Below are positions 12,096 to 26,893 of a stretch of DNA of 63,933 nucleotides, in pieces. The stretch spans positions 60,063,996-60,127,928 of the forward strand of contig NC_068994.1 in the NCBI RefSeq assembly GCF_001194135.2. Reading direction: 5' to 3'. This DNA is from Octopus bimaculoides (taxonomy: Eukaryota). A program made the translations under genes and the position numbers. The notes under the pieces are model-generated. The model did no database searches and was not told the DNA's origin. It worked only from the letters and a program-made list of their open reading frames with translations. The number at the start of each line of letters is the position of its first letter. The first letter of the stretch is position 1.

Positions 12096-14814
12096 GACCA
12101 GAAGAATAACAGAGAAACAAAAGAACATCAACCAATCTGAGACTGGTGTGATCCTTTGATACAAGATTGTGTCTTTTAAAAAGTGTTCATACATAGAATC
12201 ATAGAATAGGATAAGACAGACATTAAGACTCTCTTTCATAATTTTATAGTTAAGAACATGTTCATATAACTACACCAAGGAATAAATGCATGGGTAGTTA
12301 TTGGACCAAATTCTTCTAAATTCAATTCAAGCAACAGGAGAAACTCATGGTCACAAAAGAGCATTTTTTTTATTTAAAGCTAAAGTTATTAGAAATAAAA
12401 GGCAGTAGCACCTTCACTGGTTATATTATAAAAATAATATCAGCTTTATGAACAAATGTAATTTTCCAGTTGAAGGATATATATGTATCTCCAAAAAAGA
12501 TTAACATCTTGAAAAGTAATTAAATGTGTGGGGGGGGGGGGAGAATCAGGTGTATTCCATAAAATACTAAATGATACAGAAAATGTAAACTAAAAGGGAA
12601 AAAATCTGTACCGGGTCACAAAATAACTTTTCTCTGGAAACTATTAAATTAAGCAATAGAATAAATCTCTTGTCCTCCGAAAGAAAATATGTAAGTTATT
12701 TTGAAATAAGGACACCATTGTTGGCAAAAACAAATGAATAGCCTAAAAATTTGCTACTAAGTGAAAAATATTTTGGAAAATGGTTTAAAGCTATAAAAAT
12801 AGTTTGACTTTGAACCCAGAATAATAACATATGCAAGAGAAATCCGTAAAATTCCCTAATTAAATGGTAAAACATTTGATATTGAGTGAAGAATGTAAGC
12901 CAGCAACTCTTATATTCAACTTGGTCACTTCACTGACCAGTTTCAATTTACTGGATGATTAACCAATTTAGAAATATTCAAAATTCCTGTAAGTTATTGG
13001 TTACGCACTTGGTCACCTCAAAACCTCAAGCAAAAAAATTAAGAATTTCAATAGAAATGGTAAACAGGGAAAAGATCAATGCTAAAGCTCTCACAATTGT
13101 TATTCCTTCCCAAATTTTTTTTAATGGGAATATTTAGTGAAAATTCCATATTATTGATAACAATAGCTTAAATAGGAATAACTAATAAAATATCTCCGTT
13201 TTTTTTTACAGTAATAATCAGGACAAACTTTATAACAGAAAAGGTGCCTTCTGTATGAAGAATATATAGTTAAGTGCAGGCTACGATAATAGTGATATAC
13301 TGAAATGTTATGATTTCTCTCCTTTGCCCATTTTACAAAAAAAAAAAAACAAGCTAATGATTTTTTTTTAATAGTTATGATGTTTTTATTATTATCAAAT
13401 TTTTGGCTCACCACCTTAAGATATATGGGAAAATCCAATCTCATTCTCATTTGACTTTTCACTGAATTCTTCACACACAAAAAATATACATCACTTGCTT
13501 TGAACTCTAAGTAGCTGAGGAGGTTTGATAACACTGAAACAAGTCTGATGTAGTCAGCAGAGCTACCAAACATTCATAATCCTCTCTGCATATTTCCATT
13601 TAATTTTGGCTCATTTGAAATTCTGAAGTTCTTTCTCTTTGAGTAACTTTTAATTCATGCTAATGAGATCTTTTCTCACAAAGGGTTCGAACTTCAACTG
13701 ATTATGCCAGTTCACCACATCAAGTATGATAAGTTGCACTTAACAGTTTCTGTGTTACGTATTTAACGGCAAAAGTTTTTCATCAAAATGCTTTTTTTCT
13801 CTATCTTCATAATGGATTACAACATTCACACAGGGAACAATCAAAACTTCTATAAAAAAAAAAACAACTTATTTCCAGTCTCTACTGGTTCAATAAAAAC
13901 AAACAATAAAGTTTGAACAGTGAAATAAAATTGACAAAGCCACAAAACCTGGCTCTGCCACTAACAGTGGCAGAGACATGTCATTTATTTACTGACAAAT
14001 AGTGGACTCGGGAATTTCTCAAAATACCAGCAAAGACAAACCTTTACACAATAAACAAAAAAGACAAAGAATACACTTTAAAAAGAGGTTTCTTTGTATA
14101 CTACTCAAAGATATAAAACTAAACATTACCAAGTGACTATTCTGGATTTAATAAGAGGAGAGAAAATGAGGAAATAAACACAAATTTTTCAGAAAACAAA
14201 AGTTGCAAACATTTTAATGCAATTGACTAAGATATTCAATTAGAACGTAAATTAATTAATATAGCACTGAGGTGGAATTACCATTTGGTCTCCTAATCAA
14301 AGATAATGAAAACCAGGCAACAATATAAAGAAATACTAAACACAGAGCATTAAACACTAAAATGATTTAAAGAAAAATACAATATTTGGACGATCAAGGA
14401 AAATCTTTTTAAAGAGAACAGATTAGCAAGATAAGCTAAATTAATCCCTTACTGTTTAGACTGAGCTTGTTTATCCTTTATTTTGGATTATTTTCAGAAG
14501 AGTTAAGTATCATCACCAAACTGGTGGAAAGAGTAACAATTTCATTTAATTACAATCTGAAACTAAATTAGGTTTTTGATTATTTATTCCCAATATGTTA
14601 TAAAAAAAAAAAAAGAAGACAAAAACACCATTGCAATTAGTAAATGTCCAATGTCCAACCCTTATTTCTCTCCACAAACACATTGCTGCTGCCCCTACCA
14701 CCCCAACCAATAGATTTTAAAAAGATTAAAAATTTACATTTCATGGAATTCAGAGATGAAGAGATAAATATTCTTTCACACACACCCACACACCCAGAGT
14801 GTGGGTTAGGATAC

Positions 14815-15050
14815 CATGTTGGTATGTGAAAAGCACCATCCAAATGTGGTTGATGCCAGTGCCACCTGACTGGCTCTTGTGCTGGTGACACGTAAAAAGC
14901 ACCCACTACACTTTCAGAGTGGTTGCTGTTAGGAAAGGCATCCAGCTGTAGAAACCTTACCAGATCAGACTGGAGCCTGGTGCAGCCTGGTGCAGCCTGG
15001 TGCAGCCTCCTGGCATGGAAAACGGACGTTAGAATGATGATGATGATGTC
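14815..15050 (+). mobile_element. RTE-tail type SINE with an internal 10-bp triplication
   Basis: aaagcacccactacact...gttaggaaaggcatccagctgtagaaac...(cctggtgcag)x3...cggacgtta..(gat)n. Confidence 0.85.
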
Positions 15051-18000
15051 TCTGGACTGAGATGCCTGGCGTCTTGCTGTACTCAAGACCTATGCTCCAC
15101 AGCAGAAGTGCTGAAGGCCACTCACCCTGGTGAAGAGGATTGGCCTGCAAAAGTCCTGTGCAGATGCCACAAAAGAAGCACTCATGTTGGTGCCAGGTGG
15201 AGGGAATTCCAGAGAGTGAATATCATAAGGGGAAGGATGGGATATACTGAGAAGGGGAGGGGGATGTTTGGAACATTGTGAGTGATGGGAGGAGGAGGAA
15301 AGATAAGTTAGGTTTTAGAGTCGCTGAGTAAAGATGGTGTGGAACCGGTCAGCTCTTAGGAACAGAGGGTATTATGGTGGCTTCAAAAATAGAGAAACTA
15401 GAAGCAGTAGCATATTTGTCAGTAAGAAAGAGTAGAACTGTGGAGTGACTTTCTGGCAGTCCATTGAACCACTCTTTATATGTAAGCTCATACCAGCTTC
15501 TTTTAGTTTAAACTCATTGCCAAATTGTATTGCCTTTCACTCAACAGCAACAGTACACAAAAGTTCCCATGGGTGACCACACCTCAACTCCTTTAGGATT
15601 CATTTAATGACTATCATTCATTGCTTAAACATGTCATATACAATAGTCATCCCATTAGCTGCTACTATTATTATAATTGAGCTATATATTCATTTGTTAA
15701 TTAGATATGTGCTGTGTGTAAGTATATAGATACCACTACACTTCTTGTATGACCAAAGCTTGCACGAGGTACAACATATGGAGTTTCTATCAACACTCAT
15801 CTTACATATCAAGCGGGGCCATCTCCCTAAAGGGACTTGGGATTTGTAATTCTTTTCCCTTTTTCTTATTTCTTACAAATACCTTTATTCAAAATTACCT
15901 TTAGATTATACATAATTATCTTAGCTAATCACTTTTACTGAGAAAATTACTCAAGGAATTACTTTTAGATTTTAATCTTATATATGATCTTATAGCATGA
16001 GAAGTAAAGTTTAAGATAATTATTTTCTCCAGTTAATTAACAAATGTAGATAAGACAAGTCACAAGTAAAACATTTCAACAATTTCTTCATTTTTCAATC
16101 TCACTATTTACTTTCCTCCAATAATTTGATGGTAGATCTGATCAAAGACTGAAACCTGCTAGAAACGGACAGAATTGAAGATCAGGTACTAATTCCCACT
16201 TTGCAACTGAAATTATTAACAGAGATTTTAATCTTTAGCATAAAATGCCTGGTTCTAATAGTCTCAGAAACCACTTTACAAAAGTAACTACTGTTGACCG
16301 TTCCAATCAGTATTTTATAGAAATTTTTCTTGGAAACTTGTTTTATTCTTCCTTCTTGCTTAATTGAAACAATCATCAAAGACTGTTTTGCATCCATTTT
16401 TGACAAATCTGAGAAACAACTGATTGTGCAAAAAGAACAAAATACAATAGACCTCAGTTATCTGAATGAGATGGGTGGGGAGTACCATTTTGTTTGGATA
16501 ACTGATTGTTTGGGTAACAGATCTGATTGTGAACACAGGAAGCCATAATTGCAAAACCTTGTATTTTTGTTTGATAATGTTTGGAGAAGCAAGTTTTGAC
16601 TTTAGATATCAAGTGTAAAGAGTGTGATGCATAATTAAAACATTAATTAGTTAGACAGGGGAAAAGGGTGGGGGAACATTGCTGTAGTTGATGTTATTTT
16701 GTCCCAAATCAGACCAGATTGAATATACTAACAATGAAACACCTACAAATGTTTTGTTTCAAATGTGTAATCCCATTTTATTTCTATGATTATAATTAGA
16801 CAATTTGGGTTTTTTTTTAATACATGGGGAAATTTGCAGAGGTTGAAGATCAGTTGAGTCCAACCAATGAATGTGAGATATTAACCCTCACAAAAGGCAG
16901 AGCAAAAGTTAGCCAAACGGTTTGGCATTAAAAACAGACATGTGGAGCAAATGAATGGTGGGTGAAAAAGTGTTGCGTTGACAGTGGAAACTGGCTGTGG
17001 GGAGAGGATTTGTCAAGAAGACACCGCAAGGAGAATAGATTACAAAAGGTTTGGTCTGGTGCATAAAATGGCTGCTATGATTGTGCAAAGCAAACTTATC
17101 TACTTCATGCTGTTATCTTGGAAAAAAAAATAGATATTTAAAAAAAAACTATGCCAAATGAATTATAAAAGTATTTTGTTTGGAATTCTTTGGCTTCACA
17201 TTACAACATTTTCTTTCTGACAACTTTTAAAGCCTTCATTCTAAATTACTTTTCATTTTATCTCACCTGAATACATTTTTTTAAATAATAATGTTACACC
17301 TCTACAACTTTTTCTAAGTCTTAACTTTCTTCGTTGCAAATTTCCTGAATTACAGTAATTAGCCAATTAAATTTACTGAAAAGTACAAAGTCTTAAATTT
17401 TACTTTTCAATTAGATTGGGAGTTTGTTTTTTTTTTAATGTCACATTTCTTCAAACAGAAAAGCATACAGAGATACACACAGTGATACAGTCACACACAT
17501 AGTGAGTAACACACAGTCACAACACACATACAGTTACATATAACCAGATACACACAATGTCCAACCACCACCACCATCACAACCATTTTTAATCCACTTG
17601 GTTGGAATGGTGAAACTTCAATCCAATTTAAATCTTCAAAATAAGGTAACAGGTACCTTTTTTAAAATTCAAATACTATAGCATCACATTCGTAGTTACT
17701 GTTACAACTCAACTGAAATTGGAGATTTTCAATGCATGACATGTTACTCTGACAGCTCTTTCAAATCAGTCACAATAAAAAATACAGGGAACATTAAAAA
17801 CATAATCCTTTATGAAATATTTCAGTAATCTTTTATATTCTTAATCCAACATAACCTCAGCAACTTTGAAAACAGGGATTATTTCTCATATATATGCAGG
17901 AGTATTTTTCTTGTATATTTACATATATTACTGTTAGGTTGGTTTACAAAAGGACTTAGATTCACAAACTATAAATCATTAGAGTCAACAAGAATTTTTT

Positions 18001-18825
18001 TAAAAGAAATTTTGAAAAGAAATTTAAGAAAAGATTTTTGTCAGTGTGGAGAAATGTAAGAGGGGGAGAGAGATAAGTGAACAAATAGAAATTTCATTGT
18101 GTTCTCCAAGTTTCTGTTATCTAAAGCCAAATCAATTTTTTAAATGCCTGCAATAAAATGGGATTAGTTCTAAGGAACAGGTGAAATCATTTAGAATTGG
18201 TGTAAAATATATAAATTTACAAAACTGATATAATAATAAATGTCCAGTTATATATATATATATATATATAGCTGGTCAGACCTGTGTAGCAACTGTTGGG
18301 ACAGACCAAGGTGGATTTCATTATCATAATTTTTTTTCTTTTTTGAAAAATGAAAATATTTCAAAGGAGCGGTTTTTATTTATTTCTTATTCTCAGAATT
18401 AAGTGTCAAATACAATAACAAAATAAATAAATAAATGGGTGAAATGTTAGCATAAACAAATCAAGCTGGAAGAAAAGCTAGACGTAACGATTAATAGAGA
18501 AACCTTGACAATGGCCATGTGACTCAATGGAAATGGATTGGTAGGTTCAAGTCAAATTTATCTGACTTGGTATTTTCCTTCAACATTAAATACCCCAGAC
18601 TAGCTCAGCCTCCAGTTAAAGAAAAATTTAAAACTATTTCATAAAAATCACAAGAAATTGTTCTATTTCTTGGCTCTAAATGTAAAACTGCAGACTGTTG
18701 GGTGTGACACAACTGTGTCTACAACTTGGTTAGAATCCAGTTAAATGTGCAGCTTGCACCGACAAGAGTAAAACTGAATAAATTATGAAATAATATAGAA
18801 AAATAAGCTAACTAAATCACCTTAC

Positions 18826-18990
18826 CTATTAACGACAGCAACCGTGCACTTCCACAAATGACTCGTATAAGAAGAAGAAAGCTTTTCAAAAGAGAAAAAA
18901 CCCTGTCTTTTCTTTCTGTCTCCTTTAATCTGTCGCTCACAGGACACTTGTAGAGCCGGGTTAGCTTCTCTCTGTCTATAGTTTCACTTG
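18826..18990 (-). other. Candidate non-coding alternative first exon of the minus-strand gene
   Basis: Strong donor TAATAG|gtaagg at 18825, local CpG retention inside CpG-poor flanks, and no ATG seen. Confidence 0.45.
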
Positions 18991-20492
18991 CTTCTCCCTC
19001 TCAACCCACCCTTCTTCATTTGTTATAGTAGTAATAGCACAAACAGCACAGCAGCAAACAACAACGTAGCTCTATTGTCAAAGCTAAGATTTGAATAGAT
19101 TTACTCACTCCACATTCACACTGTTCTCAACTCACATCACGTACTGACATTTAGCTAATTCACAACTTAGAACCAACACTGGCCCCCAAAATAATAAAAT
19201 ATATTCTCCACAGCAAATTTAATTATGAAGTACATTTAAAGTAGATTAGAAGATGTCAAATTAAAATAACACAAAAAATTAAGAGGATCGGAGAAATCAA
19301 TTAAACTGGTATGCTAATGCTGCTACTACATGTAGCCAGTGTTACTCATCAATGGTCTAGTGTTAATGTGACCTAATAAGGCCTGACTCCAATCTTATAA
19401 AAAGCCCTTTCACTATGGTAGTATGTGTAGTCTGTTCACATACCTCAAAGACAATTTCATGACAATGACAGTGTGTTACTCAAAGCAAATACTTCCAATG
19501 ACTGATCTAAGTACTTACAGTAAGGAATTTTGTCCCCATACCCACAAAAAAAAAAAAAAAACCTCCCTTGAAATAAACTAAGGAGAATCTACTAATAAAT
19601 TAACAAGTCATCATTACAATATCAAATGTAGTACTTCATTCATGAGAGTGGCTTTAGCAGTGGCTATATTAAGCGAAAAAATTAACAAGATGATGACAGA
19701 CTGTATGAAAAAAAATGTCTTATTCTGTCATGGGGCAAAGAAAATTTTCTAGAAATGAAACAAAAACAAATGGAAACCATTTTCTTGGGGATGATCTCTC
19801 TTTAATACAAAAAGATTAATGTTAAAATTTACTGATAATTGCCATTTACTTTCTTCAAATAAACACACCTGACACAATCTGTGGAGTGGGGGGGGGGGGG
19901 GGGGCCAACAATATCAGCAACCCTTATTATCTTGTACATGAATAATGGAGGTCATATCTTAAAGCAAGGACCAATGCATCTGATTATAGAACTCACAGTC
20001 ATGAGTTCAAATCAAACTAGGGATTGATTATGACTCATGTTAACCAGAGTAGATTATGATAATGCCAGTAATTATAGGTGCAGCTTAATTAAAACCACAA
20101 ACCATAGTAATTTATCATACTTTTCAGTGGTTTCTGTCATGCTGGAACATTAGTTTTATTCTAATGACACAAATACTTGTTGCAGTCACACATTATACTG
20201 ATATATTTATGAAACTGCTATATTGACACTCTAACATAGGAGGAGACACCGGTTTGCACTGATAAACATAATTAGGCATGCACAGACAGACACACATACC
20301 CCAGTGACAGCAGAGGCTACTTAGAACTAATGGTCCATCAACCTGAAGTTGGTAAGGAAAGGTGGTTAGAGGCTATGAGGCCACTATCCCTGAACTGTAA
20401 GGTTGGGAACACTGTCCCCTGGCATACACCTTACTTTTCTATCAGTTACATGCACATCACAGTTATACACACACAAACACCATACTTATATG

Positions 20493-20527
<35 letters not shown>

Positions 20528-20800
20528 GATGTGTGGTACAACCATGCACCTGTTTAGGCAATGTTGATTTGATAGAGGGAGTGAGATAATATACGGCACA
20601 TACATTTGATCACTATAAATAAATCATTTGTGCTGGTCATTTAGCAAAAACTGGACACTCATCTGTCATCTATGATGGGAGAGTCCATCATATATATCAT
20701 CATCATCATTTAATGTCCATTGTCGGGTCTTCAAGCATGACATAATACCAAAGGTCTTGGTGATTGCCTCTGCGAGGCCCAATGCTCAAAAGGAACTCAG

Positions 20801-20857
<57 letters not shown>

Positions 20858-20951
20858 AACTTAATGTAAACAGCAGTTTGCAATGTGTCACCAAAAAGGG
20901 GAATTATAATTGTCACTAAATGTGCCTAGGGTGTTAGAAACACCTATATTA

Positions 20952-21075
20952 CTAAAAATAAGAGCTAAAATGCTTTAATACTGATGTCAGCATTAAGAAT
21001 TCTTGATCAGCAGTTTTTGGCTGATTAAGGTCCCTGTTAGTGTATGTGTTTACATACATACATATATATATATAC

Positions 21076-21150
<75 letters not shown>

Positions 21151-21323
21151 CATACATACATATATATATATATACATACATACATATATATNNNNNNNNN
21201 NATATATATATATACATACATACATACATATATATATATATACATACATACATATATATATATATACATACATACATACATACATATATATATATATACA
21301 TACATACATATATATATATATAC

Positions 21324-21382
<59 letters not shown>

Positions 21383-21432
21383 CATACATACATACATATA
21401 TATATATATACATACATACATATATATTATAT

Positions 21433-21464
<32 letters not shown>

Positions 21465-21465
21465 T
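20952..21465. repeat. Compound (TA)n/(TACA)n/(CA)n microsatellite with a gap
   Basis: Seen directly. It explains six spurious ORFs. Confidence 0.95.
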
Positions 21466-22189
21466 CACAATCATTATTTTATGTCTGCTTTGCATTCTGA
21501 GTGGTTTGAGAGGATTTGACAAATGAGAGGACTACATCTCCAATATCACTGTTTTGACACAGTTTCTACAGCTGGATCCCCTTCCTAACAGCAAAAGCAC
21601 TTTCAAGAGTGCAAAGCATTAAGGGAGTCTTATAATTTGCAAGATTTAAGGAAGAGAGAGAGTATGTGTGTAATGATTGTAGGCAAGATACTGAGAAAGG
21701 AAAAGATTTCTAGTGGGCGAGAGTAACAGAGCCAAGGCTATTGAGGATGGGAGTATGAAAGGGATGTGATAGAAAGGGGAACAGAGTCGTAAGGGTGATG
21801 AGGTGTATAAGGGGGAACCAGTGCTCCCCAAAATCATAAGAGCATGTGTAGAAGAAAAGTGTGAGAAGTGGATATGAAAAAGAAAAAAAAAATGAGAGTG
21901 GTGAAGACAATGGATGTGGACTGAAGAAGAGAACAGTGTTGAGGTGAGAGAAAACTCTACGGAGAGGACAATGAGACAAAAAAAGAGGTGGAAGGTGGAG
22001 AATACATAGAAATGAGGATTGGAATAGGATTATAGAGAAAGCATTTCAATGAGGAAGGCTGTGGAGAGATGGTGATGACAGAGAGGTAAAGGTGAAGTAG
22101 TTTATGAATGCAGCAAGAGCATCCCAACCAACAGTACTTTCTTCATTAACATTCTTTTTGTCACACTTGAATAAGAAAATGGATTTTTC

Positions 22190-22790
22190 TTCAGTACTGT
22201 TACATTGTTAATTGGTGCTGTCACCTTTGTAAGGCTCAGTATTTTGAGATTGGGTCTTACCACTTCACCCCACGTCTTTCTACGTCATCATCTTCCACTG
22301 GCACCATCTGCTTTGAGCTGTTGGCACTTCCATATACAGCTGTCAGCATCTATGCATGTCACATGCCCATAGCAATAGTCTTCTCTTTTGCAAACTACAC
22401 AAGATTCTTCTATAAACAGTTTCTCTCTCTCTCTCTCTCTCTCTCAGATCATTTCATTGATACACTCGGAGATTTCACACCCAGTGAAGCCTTTTGGCTA
22501 GCAAGCTTAGTAGCCACCTGAATACTTTCCTTGGCTACTCTGCTTTCAGAGTAGCCTCTCTCTTGCTGCCAATTAGGTCGCTCAGGTAACTAAAACTCTT
22601 CACTACATCCAGAGAGCCATCTGTGCAACTGAGCAAATCAATTTCTCAGGTTCACAGTATTTTTCTATACACCCAGTACATATGAAGCCTAGTCCATCCA
22701 TGGGATTCTAGTCACTCCTTTTCTACATACTGTGCATGACCAATTCCCCAATAGTATCAGAATTCTGTCTTATCTACTCATCATATCTTT
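22190..22790 (-). mobile_element. Decayed RTE LINE 3' fragment
   Basis: Minus translation includes SLDVVKEF and RKTWGEVVRPNLKILSL, like the RTE end at 56.2 kb. Confidence 0.6.
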
Positions 22791-22813
22791 AATCTTATTT
22801 AAGTTTACTTTAA

Positions 22814-23035
22814 CCCTTTCGTTACCATATTTCTGTTGAGATGCTCTGTGTTTCTTTCAATTAATTTTAAATATAACAAAGAATTTAGTAAAATAACTTT
22901 GTTGTCATTAAGTTAGTGTCAGGAACATAAACTGTGACTAAGGTGTGGTGGGAGATTTTAACTCACAACTTTTGAAAACAAGACATTTGTACTCCAGAGC
23001 GAGAGGCAGTTCCAGGCTGGTTGGTATCAAAAGGG
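22814..23035. mobile_element. piggyBac-type MITE (222 bp)
   Basis: TTAA at 22810-13 and 23036-39. TIRs CCCTTTCGTTACCA / TGGTATCAAAAGGG (12 of 14 complementary). Confidence 0.9.
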
Positions 23036-23164
23036 TTAAGGCCCTTCAGATCCCAGGTTTTACTTCCATATCTGGAATTTCTTCTTTAAACCTAAAACAA
23101 TTTACCTTTTAAATTGTTTCACATTTAAATTTTTGTGTGTGTATGTGTGTGTACACACACACAC

Positions 23165-23315
23165 AATTCTTACTTTGAAATGACCTCACTTGATACTGCA
23201 GATCATATGCAACAAGAAGGTTGTGAAACTTTTAACATTCAGGGACATATTTACCATTTAGTTAGGTTTGTCCTGCTCCTACTTGATGAAAGACTAAATT
23301 TCAACATCCAGGAGA
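23165..23315 (+). mobile_element. Helitron Rep-helicase N-terminal relic
   Basis: NSYFEMTSL...TFNIQGHIYHLV matches the Helitron motif N-xFQMTSFG...F-IQGQ-YH-IGSLLP. Confidence 0.7.
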
Positions 23316-23974
23316 GTACCTGGAAGCCACTGCTAAGATATGTATAAATATATTCATGCTCTTTCAAATGGCACTGGTTAAAAAAACAAAAAGCCATTTC
23401 AACTGACTCAAAATGGATTCTTATATATTCTTCAAAAACTTCAAAAACGCTGCAATCACCACACCAGTTGTGTTGTCACTAAAATCAAAGTGGTTAATAT
23501 TGTAAAGGATGAAATAAAGACAAGAATGAAATTCAAAACTGATTCCAGCAGGATTTTTGGAGAGACAAAACTCAATGCTATAAGGTAGCAAATGCCACAC
23601 ACCACACACACCTCTTGAATGATATAATAATGACCATTTCCAGAAAATGGGAATGGTTTTTGTATAAAAGTCATAATGATGCAGTTTGATTTAACTGTTA
23701 GAATGTTACTGGTAATTTAACACCCCAAAAATGAAAGTCAACTTGGGGTATGGTGTGAATTAACAAGGCACTGATGAAGCTTCTAATGTGAATCAAAATG
23801 TTGCCAGTCATCCAGTCTGGCTTCATTTTGATAATCCTAATATTGGCTCACAGTAACATTAAAAACGTTTACATATTTAAGTATCTAAAATAGATATAAA
23901 AATATCTAATACCAGATCTATTTGCCAACAATAATTGATATAGGGTAACATTTATTCCTCCTACTGTAGATCCA

Positions 23975-24400
23975 TCATCACCATCATTTAACGTCTGCCC
24001 TCCATGCTGGCATGGGTTGGACAGTTTAACAGGAACTGGCCAGGCAGGAGCCTGTGCCATGCTTCTGTGTCTGTTTTGGCATGGTTTTTTTTACAGCTGG
24101 ATGCCCTTCCTAACCCTAACCCCAACGAGTGGACTGAATGCTTTTTGCATGAAACCAGCACGGGCAAGGTCGGTTTTGGCATGGTTTTTACAACTGGATG
24201 TCCTTCCAAATGCCAACCACTTGACAGTGTGGACTGGATGCTTTTTACATGGCACCAGCACTGGCAGAGTCACCAAGTAACTTGCAAGACAAAGATCCTT
24301 TGAGAGGGGAGGGGGGCATTGGAGGAGGAGGAGGAGGTGATCTTGTGTCGGATGATGAAAAGTTAGAGTGTGACAGAGAGACAGAAACAGGTGTCTTGCT
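23975..24400 (-). mobile_element. RTE-tail type SINE
   Basis: catcatttaacgtctgccctccatgctggcatgggttggacagttt...ctggatgcccttcc. Confidence 0.85.
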
Positions 24401-24939
24401 GTAGAGGAGGTACACTGAAAAAGTTCTAAAAAATTAAAAGTTGTGATATCTAGAGTATTATGTGGATGGAAACGAGAACATATAAATGAAGAAAAATGGC
24501 TTTAAGTGGGAAAGATAATGGGTTAGAGACTCAACTTGTTGGCTGGGAGGTTCACTTCTGTCCTATCACACACACACACACACAATTCTGTGTTGAAAGG
24601 ATTAATAAAGGACATATGTAATTACATAGCAGAAAGGTCAGCAAGCAAGTTGCTAAACTTAAACTAAGCCTGACATCTGATAAGATATAATATAGTTATA
24701 TTTACTATACAACAGTACATTTATCTCTCTAGTAAGCAAACAATAACTTCTTTTACAAATCTTGTTAGATAAGAGAAAGAAAATTGTACATGTACACACA
24801 CACGGCTGATAAATTCAAACAATGTGTCTGAAACAAATTTTGCATAAAATGAAGCTTGGTAGACCTAACCAAAATACCCTGCTTTTGTTGGGCTTTTTTT
24901 TTTTTTTTAGTAGATATTCTTTAGGTCAAACACAGACTT

Positions 24940-25120
24940 TTGAATGACTCAAAAGTGTTGGTTGAAGCTGATGAATGTTCAGGGTGACCAGAGAAAAAGT
25001 AGGAAAAAATTGTCAACTCATCCAGGAGGGTTGTCGCTAAACAATCAGCAGCAGGACCAGATTGCAATGAAATGTATGCACATAATTTTTCTTTTTTAAA
25101 TGCATCAGACATTATTTTAT
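24940..25120 (+). mobile_element. mariner transposase N-terminal relic
   Basis: LVEADECSG*PEK..EK..QLIQEGCR-TI resembles the mariner DDxRSGRP...LIxEDRRxTI region. Confidence 0.45.
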
Positions 25121-25431
25121 GGATTTGAACTCAGAATGTAATAATGATTCCCAACATAGGCACAATGTTGAGATGTCACCCACCCTGTCCAATTCCCAGT
25201 CCACTCCACTATATACACCACCCTGTAACTTGGGTGTATAGCCTCTGTTTAGAACTCCATGTTAATCTTTGTATATCCAAACTCCAATTGAGTATTAAAC
25301 ATAATTTGTTCTCCAATTTCCTTTTGGTTTTATATTCCTTTGAATAATTTAGAGTTGCATATCTGAGAGTAGAACAAGTAACATAAATTACATAATCGTT
25401 ACATGTGTTTCACCTGTAAAGATTATGATAC

Positions 25432-25462
<31 letters not shown>

Positions 25463-26893
25463 TCATCATTTAACATCTGTTTTCTACATTGGCATGACAT
25501 GATTTCTACAGCTGGATGCCATTCCTAACGTGTGTATTGGGCACTTGTTTTTCATGTCACCAGCATTAATGAGGCCACCAAGTAATTTGCAAGACAAGGA
25601 AAAGGAAAAGGGACAAAGCTCCAAAGGGTGTGTGAGTATTTTTTGAGATAGGGATGAGGTGGCTTTTTATGCCAGAGGTTCAGAGGCTAAAGTATGACAA
25701 AGAGACAAGCATAGGTATCTTTCTATAGTGGAGATACATGGCAACCCTACATTATATAAGGGATGGGTGGAAATAGTTGGAAAGAAGATGGAGATGGTAG
25801 TGACCAGATGCCAAGAGCAGCATCTCAAGAGACAAAAATGTGAGTGTAAGAAAGGATACAGATTTTATCACAGAACACTCAATTTACTAAATACTCATAT
25901 GATAAATTTTATAATTTGTTCCTGAACAGTCCAGGGAAATACCATTATCCCCAGTATATAAATTTATGACCCCTTGGTTTTAAACTAATTTGGTAAGTTC
26001 CAACCCATCAAACTCTCAGCCCTTGAGTTACTCTGTAACTTCTGCCAATTATTAAATAATAAAAAAATAAAAATAAAAAAAAACGTCTTGAGTCTCTTTT
26101 TCCTGTTTGCATCACTAAACCTGTTTGATAAATTCAGATTAAGTTTAAAAACTATTTCATATTTTTAGAGAGGTCTTGTGATCAGTGCTTAAATAGTTTT
26201 ATATCCTCAAACTGCATTTTGATCCAATATGTATTCTCAAAACAGAAGCATTCATAATATTTGGCAGCCAGGAAAGCCTGCAATACTTTTTAATTCATAG
26301 TTCGCTGTATAGAAACAAATGTTTCCCACACTTTGTTATGACATCAGTTTAACTCAAAATTTTCTGAACAGTCAGTTTTAATTCTGTAGCATTAAAATAT
26401 CTTCTCCCACCCACAGATAAATATTTAAGTGATATGACATTTTTTATACAATTTAAAATTACAGTATCTTCTCTTTAATAGGACATGTTGACTTGGAGAA
26501 TATTTGACATTTATATTTGTTAACAGGTCTAAAAGGTTACCATCATTAGACAGACAAGCTCACAACAGACTAAGTAAAGTTTTCTATAAGAAAGACTAAC
26601 AATCAAAACATGATCATCTTGCTTTGAATGTAGAATAAAGAAGATTCAACCCACCCCCACCCCCAAAGATCAGAATCTTTGGGTTTTTATTCTTCAAAGT
26701 CAAATTTCAGTTCTCAATATCTAGCAATGCTTTCCTAACTCCATTTCATTTAGGCATCTTGTATTATAGGATAAGCTTTTGGTTATAAGCGTTTAGTGGA
26801 GCAATAAATTTCATTTTAGCAACATTCAGTACCAAATCTTATCTAGAAAGATTTCTTCCCTTTTTTCTAAAAAAATAGAAAATGTTGTTATTG

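Noticed and set aside
16182-16554. Three overlapping 64-74 aa ORFs
   Set aside because: No domain motif and no convincing splice-site pair.
20952-21526. Six Y/I/H/T/C/M/V-rich ORFs
   Set aside because: Translations of TA/CA microsatellites.
23421-23674. SDNTTGVVIAAF as an integrase SDNGTNF motif
   Set aside because: Single weak motif with no supporting residues.
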